64,000 nucleotides of DNA. It comes from an uncultured Pseudomonadota bacterium (GTDB lineage: Bacteria; Myxococcota_A; Polyangia; Nannocystales; Nannocystaceae). The notes beneath the pieces were generated by a model. That model did no database searches and was not told where the DNA came from. It worked only from the letters and a program-made list of their open reading frames with translations. The stretch is from NCBI GenBank assembly GCA_963799255.1, contig CAWCWO010000015.1, positions 1,453-65,452 of the forward strand. The letters run 5' to 3'. Both the position numbers and the translations under genes were made by a program. Of the stretch, positions 9,901-17,725 are shown one piece after another; within the stretch, counting starts at the first letter, position 1, and each line of letters begins with the position of its first letter.

Positions 9901-10205
9901 AGCTCCACAGCCGCGCGAAAGCCAAGCACACTTGGCCCTTTCTGCGTGGCCTCAACTACAAGACCTGGCAGGCCGCCGACGACACACGGGTGTGGCTCTC
10001 GGCCCTGGCCTCCATGCTCGCGCTTACGCCCGGGAGCACGCCACGAGCCTGCGACGCGGCTGAGGCATGGGTTTCCGAGGACGGCATTCGCGAGCGCGTG
10101 GACAAAGACCCGACCAAGCTCAGATGGTGGGCCGCTACGCTCCTCGATCGTCTGAGCGAGGCCGAATCAGCCGGACCTGCACCCCGCTCGCCCGATAGGG
10201 ACTAG
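6957..10205 (+). CDS. ~1082-aa protein: unknown N-terminal region, central divergent PLD-fold-like module (DPY...HDR, MIT_C-like), C-terminal HEAT-like helical repeats
   Basis: The open frame runs from 6855. The ATG at 6957 is preceded by 'aggga' and overlaps the upstream stop (6968-6970). Motifs: 'SYLIVDPYFYTLGLDLI', 'VVTDKKIHDRMLFE', 'GFHLSNSLQRA', then helical repeats such as 'LFVRRAVAAALGLLQLED'. The start choice and the PLD-like call are tentative. Confidence 0.45.
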   Translation: MTEHDNWPSLDGCFALVHGELRDDQNWRLTSWWYAPKSEPPRLLFGWTFAWNDPEGAQTAGTWRVAYNQTPRIRRLDIQLPRPTMFVMLERLAQGDTLEEAASNAGLEPAAGAVQALLAKARVCSPADSSGAPEFVVAPWRILPSRWGLSTEGPASPLEYEPAMRSALVRVDKTAVLPGRDEEVRAVLAHLSRDCGLAFQPCGGASGRDIGRLGDLELLVFARPPSAEQRDDILTLRPGGEFIELELAPSFLEPKQPALIRWRQTHGGAVLDEGLASLPPSESPDVPRALRFPTISIGPSGADVEVWVEDSAREQYTLIHSSSHAWIRQVGFRLAAMGTRIEFPAAWIDDWVKQRRETVSTKARADAMRRISNTFSDNESRVGQPDELWHTAETNAKRMAALLAPSDSEAKWFPRGYDSVEGGKLDVGEWFRALVSEASAPRSYLIVDPYFYTLGLDLIARASGPGRRFVVVTTLDDNKDDAQTKRQTLLRAQKELAKVLPNLSVELYVVTDKKIHDRMLFELEASDDTSQSSPVRGFHLSNSLQRATDNYPLLVTPIPSDVLSNVVDGVAELIEGLAPLQEDPNEASPEKGLPQAIETTEEAKPPAVELEAELRKTLEDNDDTGFARLFPLVLEARADRHDLSNLTWTQHPNFLVLLEQLLISWRPAKPTRDAQQSIGLAQLTRRAGFGEWSATTTLWTHGHWSAFGDIVLCAGYPLLRAAPDRFVRAWEAACRAPNPESMDDQAQRGAVLESILEVVHRDYAISESQDELIELLTAGLRSEELFVRRAVAAALGLLQLEDKFTPATGRSTLEAMGSPRERVLTIATWVSELRVHANRNNSRESPKLESLRKAWMSWMVEWWPSSFTRSDLDFIADACDGPGRPGAWSLSTTSDLLIPLNNAGLLHASSVADLWLGMLEDRLEACMADDHHFYAPADIRLSELCIWLLSGTATELVIAEQAGEAPDAFDERIQSSLGRLSKLHSRAKAKHTWPFLRGLNYKTWQAADDTRVWLSALASMLALTPGSTPRACDAAEAWVSEDGIRERVDKDPTKLRWWAATLLDRLSEAESAGPAPRSPDRD

Positions 10206-10431
10206 CCCCGAAAGAAGCGAGACCCAAGCCGTGGTCGCTGCCGAATGAGGCAACTCGCCTCCAGTCAGCGGCTTAGTGTAGTGGTCGTCACGTTGGTCGC
10301 ACGACGGGCTGCGGCAGAGCCGAGCGAACGAGGATTCCGCGGTGGAATTTTCGGCTTGGCCGGTCGGCGCACGTGACTGTGCCTCGGCATCGAGCCGAAT
10401 GAGGGTGCCGAGGTCGGCGATGGAGGTCGAC

Positions 10432-10874
10432 TCAGAGCTGGAGGACGCGGAGTGCTCCGATGAGCTCGCGCGAGAACCGATGAGTGCCGAGGATGCGGAC
10501 GCGTGTCTGCCTGGCGATGCGGACGACCTTCACGGCGAAGTCGACGAAGGCACGGCGAACCTCTTCCACTCCCAGCGCGAGACTTCGTTCGGCATGGCGA
10601 TGTGGGCGATCCACTTGCCGAGGTTCCAAGCAATCCTCGCGATCTCGAGCCAGGCTGCGTTGCCGCGCATTTCGGCGACGGGCATGCGCCACGCGGCGAG
10701 CCCCGAGCCGAGTCCGGCGATGAGGTTTTCCTGGTCGCAACGCTGGTAGGTGGCGTCGACGATATCGGCGGGGGACCATTCGCGCGGAAGGTTGGTGACG
10801 ATGTAGCGATAGCGAATCGTCTCCCAGAGCTCGCGCTGACCGGGCTTGCCTTGCTCCTCATTGTTGGCGGGCAC
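10432..10874 (-). pseudogene. IS1380-family (DDE) transposase C-terminal remnant, frameshifted
   Basis: ORF 10530-10874 reads 'RYRYIVTNLPREWSPADIVDATYQRCDQENLIAGL...AWLEIARIAWNL', typical of the IS1380 C-terminal catalytic region. The continuation 'FVDFAVKVVRIARQTRVRILGTH' is in another frame (10432-10779). The N-terminal two-thirds are absent. Confidence 0.55.
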
Positions 10875-11062
10875 TGAAAAACGTCGAAAATCGACAGATG
10901 GACCGATGAGCCCATCTACGCACGGCAGCCAGGCACATTAGGATAGGCGCCGGCGAAGCGATTCGTCTCCGACGCCGCGTTCAAAGCGAGCACGTGAGGC
11001 GTGAGGCGGTCATGCCCAACGTTAAAGCGCGAGCGACGTCGAATGAGCGCGGGGCCCAAGGG

Positions 11063-12415
11063 TCAAGCCCGACCTCCCCATTCGCGCAGGGTTTCAATGA
11101 CCCCGAAACCTGTGACGACACCGGAGAGAACGGCGTCCCGGAACCACTTCGAGCGCTCTTCGGTGACAAGAGCGATCCCCTGCTGTTCAGCCGCCGCCCA
11201 GATCTCCCCCGGAACCTCGGGCCCGGATTGGTTGAAGAACATGACCGGAAAGACCGCACCTGCGGGGACGGACCGCGAGAGGGCCTCCCTCATTGAAAGT
11301 ACCCGACTCTGGAGCTCGACCAACTTGTTGAGGTCCGGAGCGCGGAGGGTGACCTCTGCTGCGACCGCGACGTTCGGAAAGATCCAGCCCGTAAGGTCCG
11401 GGAACTCCCCCTGGCCATGCCCGAAGTGTATTGTGGTCACCCCGGCCAACGAGAGGAGCGCGTGCACCCATTGCTCGAAACTGTCCGACTTCTTCTGTGC
11501 GGCCTTCTTCTCGAGTCGAGCAATCCACGTCAAGTCGGGATCGAGCGAGCGGTACAACCGAACCGATGATGGCGGCACCCCGACGAGCCGCCGCTCCAGT
11601 CGGTCGCCGTCGAGGAGCAGGTCTAGATGCACGGGCCCGATGTCGGAGTCCAGGCTGATGCTGGCGCAGTAGTGGCTGCAATCCTGCCGGATGGCGAACT
11701 CGGAGGCTTCCAGCCGGCCCACTTGCTGCCCTGCCTGGTCCCATAACACCGCGCTTAGTTCTTCCGCTTTGTGGCGTGCATCTACGTGGGCGTCAAGGGT
11801 GCCAGTTGTTGGGTCGCAGGCTGCAGAGTGAAGTCGAACGAACGTGGGAGCGTGGATATCCAACAGGGAAGCCCAGTTTGGGCCGAAAGTCCCGGCCTGC
11901 CCGCGCGTAGGGACGGCCCACTTCGTCACACGGCTCCAATCGGCGAACTGCAGCGGGTCTGCGCCCGGAAGCCGATTTGAGGTTCTGTGATATTCGCCGT
12001 TGTCCATGAGCTCGGAGGTACTCGTACCCGACCAGGTAATCACATCACTCCTCCAGCGGAACCCGTCGAGAGGAACCTCGCCTACTCCACCTCGTCCCCA
12101 ACTCGGCGGGCCTCCTGCCCCGCGCAACGCAATCTCGTGGTCAGGGAGGGCGAGGATAGGGTCGGGCTCAGCCAAACGGCGAAGGACACGCTCGGTGGTT
12201 TCGGCGTCGTAGTAGCCTACGTGAAGCAGGAACGGCCCAACCTCGACAGTCCCGCTGTCGGGGACATCAAGGTCGAGAGTAAGCACAATCGATCCCATGA
12301 GATTCACGAGCGTCTCGCCTACTCGGCACGCAATGAACCCAACTCTGGCACCTGCGTAGGTCTCCCAGGGCCGGGAAGCGACGAGCTTGAGAAGTGAGTT
12401 TTGATCTTCGTTCAT
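11063..12415 (-). CDS. Hypothetical 450-aa protein; C-terminal region has a restriction-endonuclease-like (PD-(D/E)xK-like) look
   Basis: Long ORF with no better competing frame. C-terminal 'FEQWVHALLSLAGVTTIHFGHGQGEFPDLTGWIFPNVAVAAEVT' resembles Mrr-type core strands, but the ExK lysine is not obvious. Confidence 0.35.
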   Translation of the reverse strand: MNEDQNSLLKLVASRPWETYAGARVGFIACRVGETLVNLMGSIVLTLDLDVPDSGTVEVGPFLLHVGYYDAETTERVLRRLAEPDPILALPDHEIALRGAGGPPSWGRGGVGEVPLDGFRWRSDVITWSGTSTSELMDNGEYHRTSNRLPGADPLQFADWSRVTKWAVPTRGQAGTFGPNWASLLDIHAPTFVRLHSAACDPTTGTLDAHVDARHKAEELSAVLWDQAGQQVGRLEASEFAIRQDCSHYCASISLDSDIGPVHLDLLLDGDRLERRLVGVPPSSVRLYRSLDPDLTWIARLEKKAAQKKSDSFEQWVHALLSLAGVTTIHFGHGQGEFPDLTGWIFPNVAVAAEVTLRAPDLNKLVELQSRVLSMREALSRSVPAGAVFPVMFFNQSGPEVPGEIWAAAEQQGIALVTEERSKWFRDAVLSGVVTGFGVIETLREWGGRA

Positions 12416-12904
12416 GACGAGTATCCAACGCAGTGAGGAGCGGAGCCGGCACCATGAGCGTTGGCGCGTCCAAGGTTACTCGCCCACGTGCGTCTGTCGA
12501 GGGCGGACGTTTCAACTACGCGGCCAGGGCTGACAAGGTCACGATCAGCCCGGAAGAACTGGAAGAACACGCTGTCACTGCCAAGACACCGCCCCCTCAA
12601 GTGACGTGCAGCGCAGCCGGTTGTGGTTCTTGCGCGAAGCGTCTAGCTGGAGGAATGAGAACCCTGGGAGGCCACGTTCTGCAAAGGTATCTTCGAGAAT
12701 CTGGGCCCAGGGCAGCGGGAGCACAGGCCCTGACGCGATCTTCGACCTCGGAGCGCCCCACGACCTGCCCGGCGGTACCCAGCCGCCCACCTGCACCGTC
12801 ATCGATGACATGGACGCCGTCGGCGACCTAGCCAGACCGCCGCGCCCGACAGCTTCGAGCCCGACGTCCAGTGGGAGTGGCAGGGCGACGGCGCGGAGAT
12901 CTAC

Positions 12905-14185
12905 GTGGTCGTGACCCCGCTGGTGGCCAACCTGACCGACGACGACGCCAACGGCACGATCGACCTCTGCGACATCCCCGACATCGAGGTGGTCGCCTTC
13001 GCCACGCTCAAGGGCCCCGCCCACATCCACGTGCCGGGCGGCGAGACGGGGATGCTGCACTACACCTTCCCGGACATCGTCAACTTCTCCGTCGCCCCCG
13101 CGCTCGGAGACATCGATGGCGATGGGCTCCCTGAGATCGTCAGCGCCAACTCCAGCGGCAACCTGATGGCCTTCGAGCACGACGGCACGCTCAAGTGGCA
13201 GAGCCCCGACATCTGGTCCGGCTCCTACATCGGGGCCATCGCCCTCGCGGACATGGACAACGACGGCGACGTGGAGATCGTGGCTGGCAACCAGGTCTTC
13301 GACCACCTGGGCAACCTGCTGTGGACCGCCCCTCAGATCGCGGGGGCCAACTCGGCCACGACGGCGGCCGACCTCGACGGGGATGGGGCTCTCGAGATGG
13401 TCCTGGGGCACGCCGCCGTCTACAACGACGGCTCGCTGATGTGGAACTCCGGGCTGGCCCCCGGCTACCCGCAGGTGGCCGACATGGACGGCGACGGGCT
13501 GCCCGAGGTGGTGCTCACCAACGCCAACGGCCTGGCCCTGATCGAGCACGACGGCACCGTCACCTACCAGGGCCTGCGCCCCACCGGCGCACCGGCGGCG
13601 GGCCTCACCTGGACCCGCCCGGCCACCATTCACGACTTCGACGGCGACGGGCAGGCCGAGTATGCGATGAGCTCGGGGAACAGCCACAGCGTGTACGAAG
13701 CCGACGGCAGCCTGCTTTGGAGCTCACCCGTCCTCGACAGCAGCGGGGTCGCGGCCGGCACCGCCTTCGACTTTCTCGGTGATGGCGACGCTGAGGCCAT
13801 GTACGCCGACGAGACCTTCTTGTTCGTGTTCGATGCCATGGGTGGCGTGCTCTTGCAGTCCCCTCGCACCAGCCGGACCGGCACCGAGTATCCCGTCGTC
13901 GCCGACGTCGACAACGACGGCTCGGCCGAGATCGTCGTCGTCTCCAACGAGCCGATCAACGGCGGCGGAGCGACCGCTCCCCCCGTCCAGGTCATCCGCG
14001 ACGTCGAGGACCGCTGGATCCAGGCCCGCCGGATCTGGAACCAGCACACCTACCACGTGACCAACGTGCGCGAGGACGGCACCATCCCCCAGTTCGAGCC
14101 CTCCAGCTGGGAGCAGCTCAACACGTTTCGCACCAACGCCCAGATCGAAGGCGGTGGCATCTGCATCCCCGATCCAGCCGGGTAG
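12905..14185 (+). CDS. FG-GAP/VCBS repeat beta-propeller protein (N-terminus probably incomplete)
   Basis: Seven repeats of the Ca-binding FG-GAP type: 'GDIDGDGLPEIV', 'ADMDNDGDVEIV', 'ADLDGDGALEMV', 'ADMDGDGLPEVV', 'HDFDGDGQAEYA', 'FLGDGDAEAM', 'ADVDNDGSAEIV'. GTG start at 12905. The frame stays open upstream, and no signal peptide is seen. Confidence 0.8.
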   Translation: MVVTPLVANLTDDDANGTIDLCDIPDIEVVAFATLKGPAHIHVPGGETGMLHYTFPDIVNFSVAPALGDIDGDGLPEIVSANSSGNLMAFEHDGTLKWQSPDIWSGSYIGAIALADMDNDGDVEIVAGNQVFDHLGNLLWTAPQIAGANSATTAADLDGDGALEMVLGHAAVYNDGSLMWNSGLAPGYPQVADMDGDGLPEVVLTNANGLALIEHDGTVTYQGLRPTGAPAAGLTWTRPATIHDFDGDGQAEYAMSSGNSHSVYEADGSLLWSSPVLDSSGVAAGTAFDFLGDGDAEAMYADETFLFVFDAMGGVLLQSPRTSRTGTEYPVVADVDNDGSAEIVVVSNEPINGGGATAPPVQVIRDVEDRWIQARRIWNQHTYHVTNVREDGTIPQFEPSSWEQLNTFRTNAQIEGGGICIPDPAG

Positions 14186-14336
14186 CGAGGCCGTGTGGGA
14201 CGCACTCACGCGTCCAGAGCGGGATGCGCCAGGGCCGAGGCCGACCGAAGTCGAGCGCGACCTTGGGCTCCTCCGAAGAGATCCGATGCGTTTGCGGCTT
14301 TGCGGCGGCCGATGACGAGCCCTACGATGGAGGACG

Positions 14337-14570
14337 ATGGGAGTCCGCGCCACGGTTCACAACGGTCGTATGGTTGTCGACGTGGCCACGGATCTCCCGG
14401 AAGGCACCCTGCCGGACCTGGTCGTCGACGACGAGGGCGATGGGCTGGACATTCCCGAGCGTCAAGCGCTCGACGCGGCGATCAGCAGGTCGCTCGAACA
14501 CGCTGGCCGCGGCGAGGTGGCTCCGGCCTCGAAAGTCCTGTCCGAGCTTCGTGACCGCCGAAGCGAATGA
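14337..14570 (+). CDS. Small antitoxin-like protein (DUF104/VapB-like N-terminus)
   Basis: 77 aa. 'VHNGRMVVDVATDLPEGTLPDLVV' resembles DUF104-type antitoxin N-termini. No intact toxin partner is present, and the IS begins 51 nt downstream. Confidence 0.3.
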   Translation: MGVRATVHNGRMVVDVATDLPEGTLPDLVVDDEGDGLDIPERQALDAAISRSLEHAGRGEVAPASKVLSELRDRRSE

Positions 14571-14621
14571 ACAAGCCGGTCGTCACCATGCCGACCACGG
14601 ACCGCGCCGCCTGTCACCGGT

Positions 14622-16131
14622 CTAGCAGCCTGTTGAAAAAGCCCCGATTCGGAATGGAGGAGATCGCGAGTCGCGGCGAGGTTCGCTAGGATCTCAGAGA
14701 TGGCGATGGGCGAGAAGGGGTCGGAGCAAGGGGAGCTGTTCGTGCCGCACGAGTCGGTGCGGCACGCGGCCGGGCACCCGTTCTACCAGGCGCTGGAGAA
14801 GATCCTGCGCGAGGCGAACTTCGATCGGCGTGTCGAGGCGATGTGCAGGAAGTTCTACGCGGAGAAGCAGGGGCGACCGAGCATTCCGCCCGGCGTGTAC
14901 TTCCGGTGTTTGATGATCGGCTTCTTCGAGGGCATCGACAGCGAGCGCGGGATCGCGTGGCGCGTCGCGGACTCGCTGAGCTTGCGAAGCTTCCTGGGGA
15001 TCGCGCTGGGCAAGTCGACGCCAGATCACTCGAGCTTCTCCAACATCCGGCGTCGACTCGACGTTGAGACGCACCAAGAAGTCTTCACGATGATCCTGGG
15101 CAAGCTCGCTGAGCACGGTCTCGTCAAAGGGAGGTCGCTCGGGGTCGATGCGACGACCCTTGAAGCGAACGCGGCGCTTCGTTCGTTGGTGCGGCGCGAG
15201 GACGGGCAGTCGTACGAGGACTTCCTGCTTGAGTTGGCCAACAAGTCCGGGATCGAAACGCCGACGCGCGCGCAGCTTGCAAAACTGGACCGTAAGAGGC
15301 CGAAGAAGGGCTCCAACAAGGATTGGGTGAACCCGTACGAGCCGGACGCCGAGATCATGAAGATGAAGAAAGGCGGCACCCGAATGGCCCACAAGCACGA
15401 GCACGCCGTCGATCTGGAGACGGGAGCGATCCTTGGGTCGTCGCTGAACGGAGGCGCGCGCGGGGACACGAAGACGATGGAGGAGACGCTCGCGGACGCC
15501 GACGAGAACGTGCAGAGAGTCCGAAGCGAGGCCGACGAAAAGACGTCGAAGCGAGTCAGCGAGACTTTCAAAGAAGTGACCGCGGACAAGGGCTACCACT
15601 CGAACGAGATGTTGATGCGCCTCGAGGAAGCCGAGATTCGAAGCTACATCTCGGAACCGGATCGAGGGCGCAGGCGCTGGAAGAACAAGGAGGCCGAACG
15701 CGATGCGGTCCACCGGAATCGGAAGCGGGTGAAGCGGACGAAGGGCAAGAGGCTACTGCGCAAGCGAGGAGAGTTGCTCGAACGACCGATGGAGCATCTG
15801 TTCAACAGTGGAGGGATGAGACGCATTCACTTGCGTCGCCACGAGAACATTCAGAAGCGGCTTCTGATCCACATGGCCGCGTTCAATCTTAGTGTGCTGA
15901 TGCGCAGCTTCTTCGGAGTCGGGAAACCCAAGCGGCTCCAGGGGAGGTCGGGCCTCTCCGCGGCAATACTGGCCGCTCTCTTCCAGCTGTGCGCGCTCCT
16001 GCAGCGCATGTTCGCTCGGACGGTTGCCGCCATCGCAGGCACCGCCGAGCCTCGATCTTCCGCTTCCGCGATCTGAGCCCGCCGTCGGCCGCTTCCTGAG
16101 CCGAACCGGGGCTTTTTCAACAGGCTGCTAG
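14622..16131 (+). mobile_element. Complete IS5/IS1182-like insertion sequence
   Basis: The 31-nt terminal inverted repeats match at 30 of 31 positions: 'ctagcagcctgttgaaaaagccccgattcgg' (14622-14652) versus the reverse complement of 16101-16131. Palindromic CTAG at both tips may be a 4-bp target duplication. The repeats enclose one DDE transposase ORF. Confidence 0.8.
14700..16076 (+). CDS. IS5/IS1182-family DDE transposase
   Basis: 458 aa. N-terminal 'GRPSIPPGVYFRCLMIGFFEGIDSERGIAWRVADSLSLRSFLG' is the DUF772-type transposase N-domain. It is followed by a DDE-type C-terminal region. Confidence 0.85.
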   Translation: MAMGEKGSEQGELFVPHESVRHAAGHPFYQALEKILREANFDRRVEAMCRKFYAEKQGRPSIPPGVYFRCLMIGFFEGIDSERGIAWRVADSLSLRSFLGIALGKSTPDHSSFSNIRRRLDVETHQEVFTMILGKLAEHGLVKGRSLGVDATTLEANAALRSLVRREDGQSYEDFLLELANKSGIETPTRAQLAKLDRKRPKKGSNKDWVNPYEPDAEIMKMKKGGTRMAHKHEHAVDLETGAILGSSLNGGARGDTKTMEETLADADENVQRVRSEADEKTSKRVSETFKEVTADKGYHSNEMLMRLEEAEIRSYISEPDRGRRRWKNKEAERDAVHRNRKRVKRTKGKRLLRKRGELLERPMEHLFNSGGMRRIHLRRHENIQKRLLIHMAAFNLSVLMRSFFGVGKPKRLQGRSGLSAAILAALFQLCALLQRMFARTVAAIAGTAEPRSSASAI

Positions 16132-17220
16132 GAGTTCGAGCGCAACAGAGGCAATTTCGCCGTCTTCGGAGAAGGGGACTTCGACCCGATAGAGCCTTCT
16201 TTTGAACTCGTTGACGAACGAGGTTCCAAGTGGATATCCAAGGCCTTCGTACACAGGACCCTCGAAGAGGGGTTCTACGTCGCCATTCTCCCCGGGGGTG
16301 AGCTGCTCTCCAGGAGGGCCCTCTCCGATGTCGCAGGGGGTGAGCCAACCGGGAGTCTCAGGGGAGATGAAGTCCCTCCCGACGAGTTCCTCTGGGAGTT
16401 CCAGAACGAAGGCCTTGGTGTAGGGAGCGCCTTCGTTGCCGGTGTGGCCGAAGGCCGAAGGGGAATCGCAGTCTGTCAAAGCCTCGTAGGAAAACCGGTT
16501 CTCATCCTCTGGCCAGAGGATGCGTTCGAGCCCATCGCAAGCTCCAACTTCGGAGTACCAGGCGGGGGCGGTTCTGAAGAACTCGGCTTCGAGAGCCTCG
16601 AGACTCATCCCGTACGCGTCTTCAAGGTGTCCTCGAAGGTCATCTGCGGATGTCGCAGAGCGACCGAAAAACGCCCTAAAAGGAACGGGGCCCCTTGTCT
16701 CGATGAGCCATCGGGAAAAGTGCCCTGAACCATGGATTTCCTTCCCAAGATTCTCGGAGGAAACGAGTGTGTCCTTGAGGAGGGTCGGGCCGACCTCGTA
16801 CGCGTTTGCGATGTCTTCTCTGGAGTAATACAGGCTCGCTCCAAGAACAGGGATCGTGATCGCGTGGACGAGTTCGTGGAGCAGCGATGTTTCGGTTGCA
16901 ACGATGGCGGCGAAGGCGAAGTAGGCCGAAGGGCTGGAGGTGTTTGGAGCCTCTTCGTACCAGTAGATCTCGATGGGCTCAGGCTCGACGTCGAGGATTT
17001 TGGAGACGGCTTCAACGTGGCGATCGATGCGGGCAAGGGTTCCGCCGCAGATGCGGTGAGGGTTGTCCTCGCTGATAGCAACCGTGGCGTGTTGCGTCCG
17101 GTGGACGACCGGGACATCTGGCAGGGCCGGCTCTCGGGCCCCATCGTCTTCACATCCTGACGCCGCCCAGACCGAGAACGCGACCGTGCTCATGAAGAGC
17201 CGCTTGCTGAAGGAAAACAT
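16117..17220 (-). CDS. Secreted lipoprotein, putative zinc metallopeptidase (HExxH)
   Basis: Signal/lipobox 'STVAFSVWAASGC' and 'LLHELVHAI' (HExxH). The last three sense codons and the stop lie inside the right inverted repeat of the IS. Confidence 0.55.
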   Translation of the reverse strand: MFSFSKRLFMSTVAFSVWAASGCEDDGAREPALPDVPVVHRTQHATVAISEDNPHRICGGTLARIDRHVEAVSKILDVEPEPIEIYWYEEAPNTSSPSAYFAFAAIVATETSLLHELVHAITIPVLGASLYYSREDIANAYEVGPTLLKDTLVSSENLGKEIHGSGHFSRWLIETRGPVPFRAFFGRSATSADDLRGHLEDAYGMSLEALEAEFFRTAPAWYSEVGACDGLERILWPEDENRFSYEALTDCDSPSAFGHTGNEGAPYTKAFVLELPEELVGRDFISPETPGWLTPCDIGEGPPGEQLTPGENGDVEPLFEGPVYEGLGYPLGTSFVNEFKRRLYRVEVPFSEDGEIASVALELLAAC

Positions 17221-17725
17221 GGGGAGGATGAGACTTCCGATTCCGGTAGGGCAACGGAGGGAGCCAGATTCCGGGCCGCCTACCGAGAATGTAGCGCGTC
17301 ATCTCAACCTGTCCCTTGGTTCCCGGGCCGGTTGAGCAGAGCAGATGCCCGCCCTGCGGTGCGAGGATGTTGAAGCGACTCATGAACACCCTCGCTGCCT
17401 GCGCCACCCTCTGCATGACGGCTGTCGCTTGTGCGAACGAAGCGCCCGATGTTGAAGCTACGCCTTCGTGTACCCGCAACGCCTGAGACACGGGATGACG
17501 CACTCGCGAGGTCTCGAGTAGACCCGCTACGACCGTGAGCGGGTCGCGCCTGAGGTCTGCACGCACATGGTGAGCACCGTCGACGCCATGCCAACGAGTC
17601 CCGCGCTCCGTTGACATCTGGGTCACGCCCACCTACGGTACGTGCGTCGCATTTCTTCGGGACCGCGGCTGCTGAATTTCGAGAGACCTCTTACCGCCCT
17701 GCGATGCAGGGGTCGGGGATTCAGC

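Noticed and set aside
12433-12831. ORF whose start resembles a RiPP precursor ('...ISPEELEEHAVTAKTPPPQVTCSAAGCGSCAKR').
   Set aside because: No modification enzyme, transporter or protease genes are nearby. The ORF runs on for another ~70 Pro/Ser/Arg-rich codons typical of a non-coding frame. It lies in the apparently scrambled 5' region of the FG-GAP gene.
14567-14700. ATGA-overlapping small ORF after the antitoxin-like gene ('MNKPVVTMPTTDRAACHRS...'), considered as a toxin gene disrupted by the IS.
   Set aside because: Removing the IS in silico gives only a 39-codon ORF with no RelE/ParE/PIN features. It would also overlap the metallopeptidase 3' end on the other strand.
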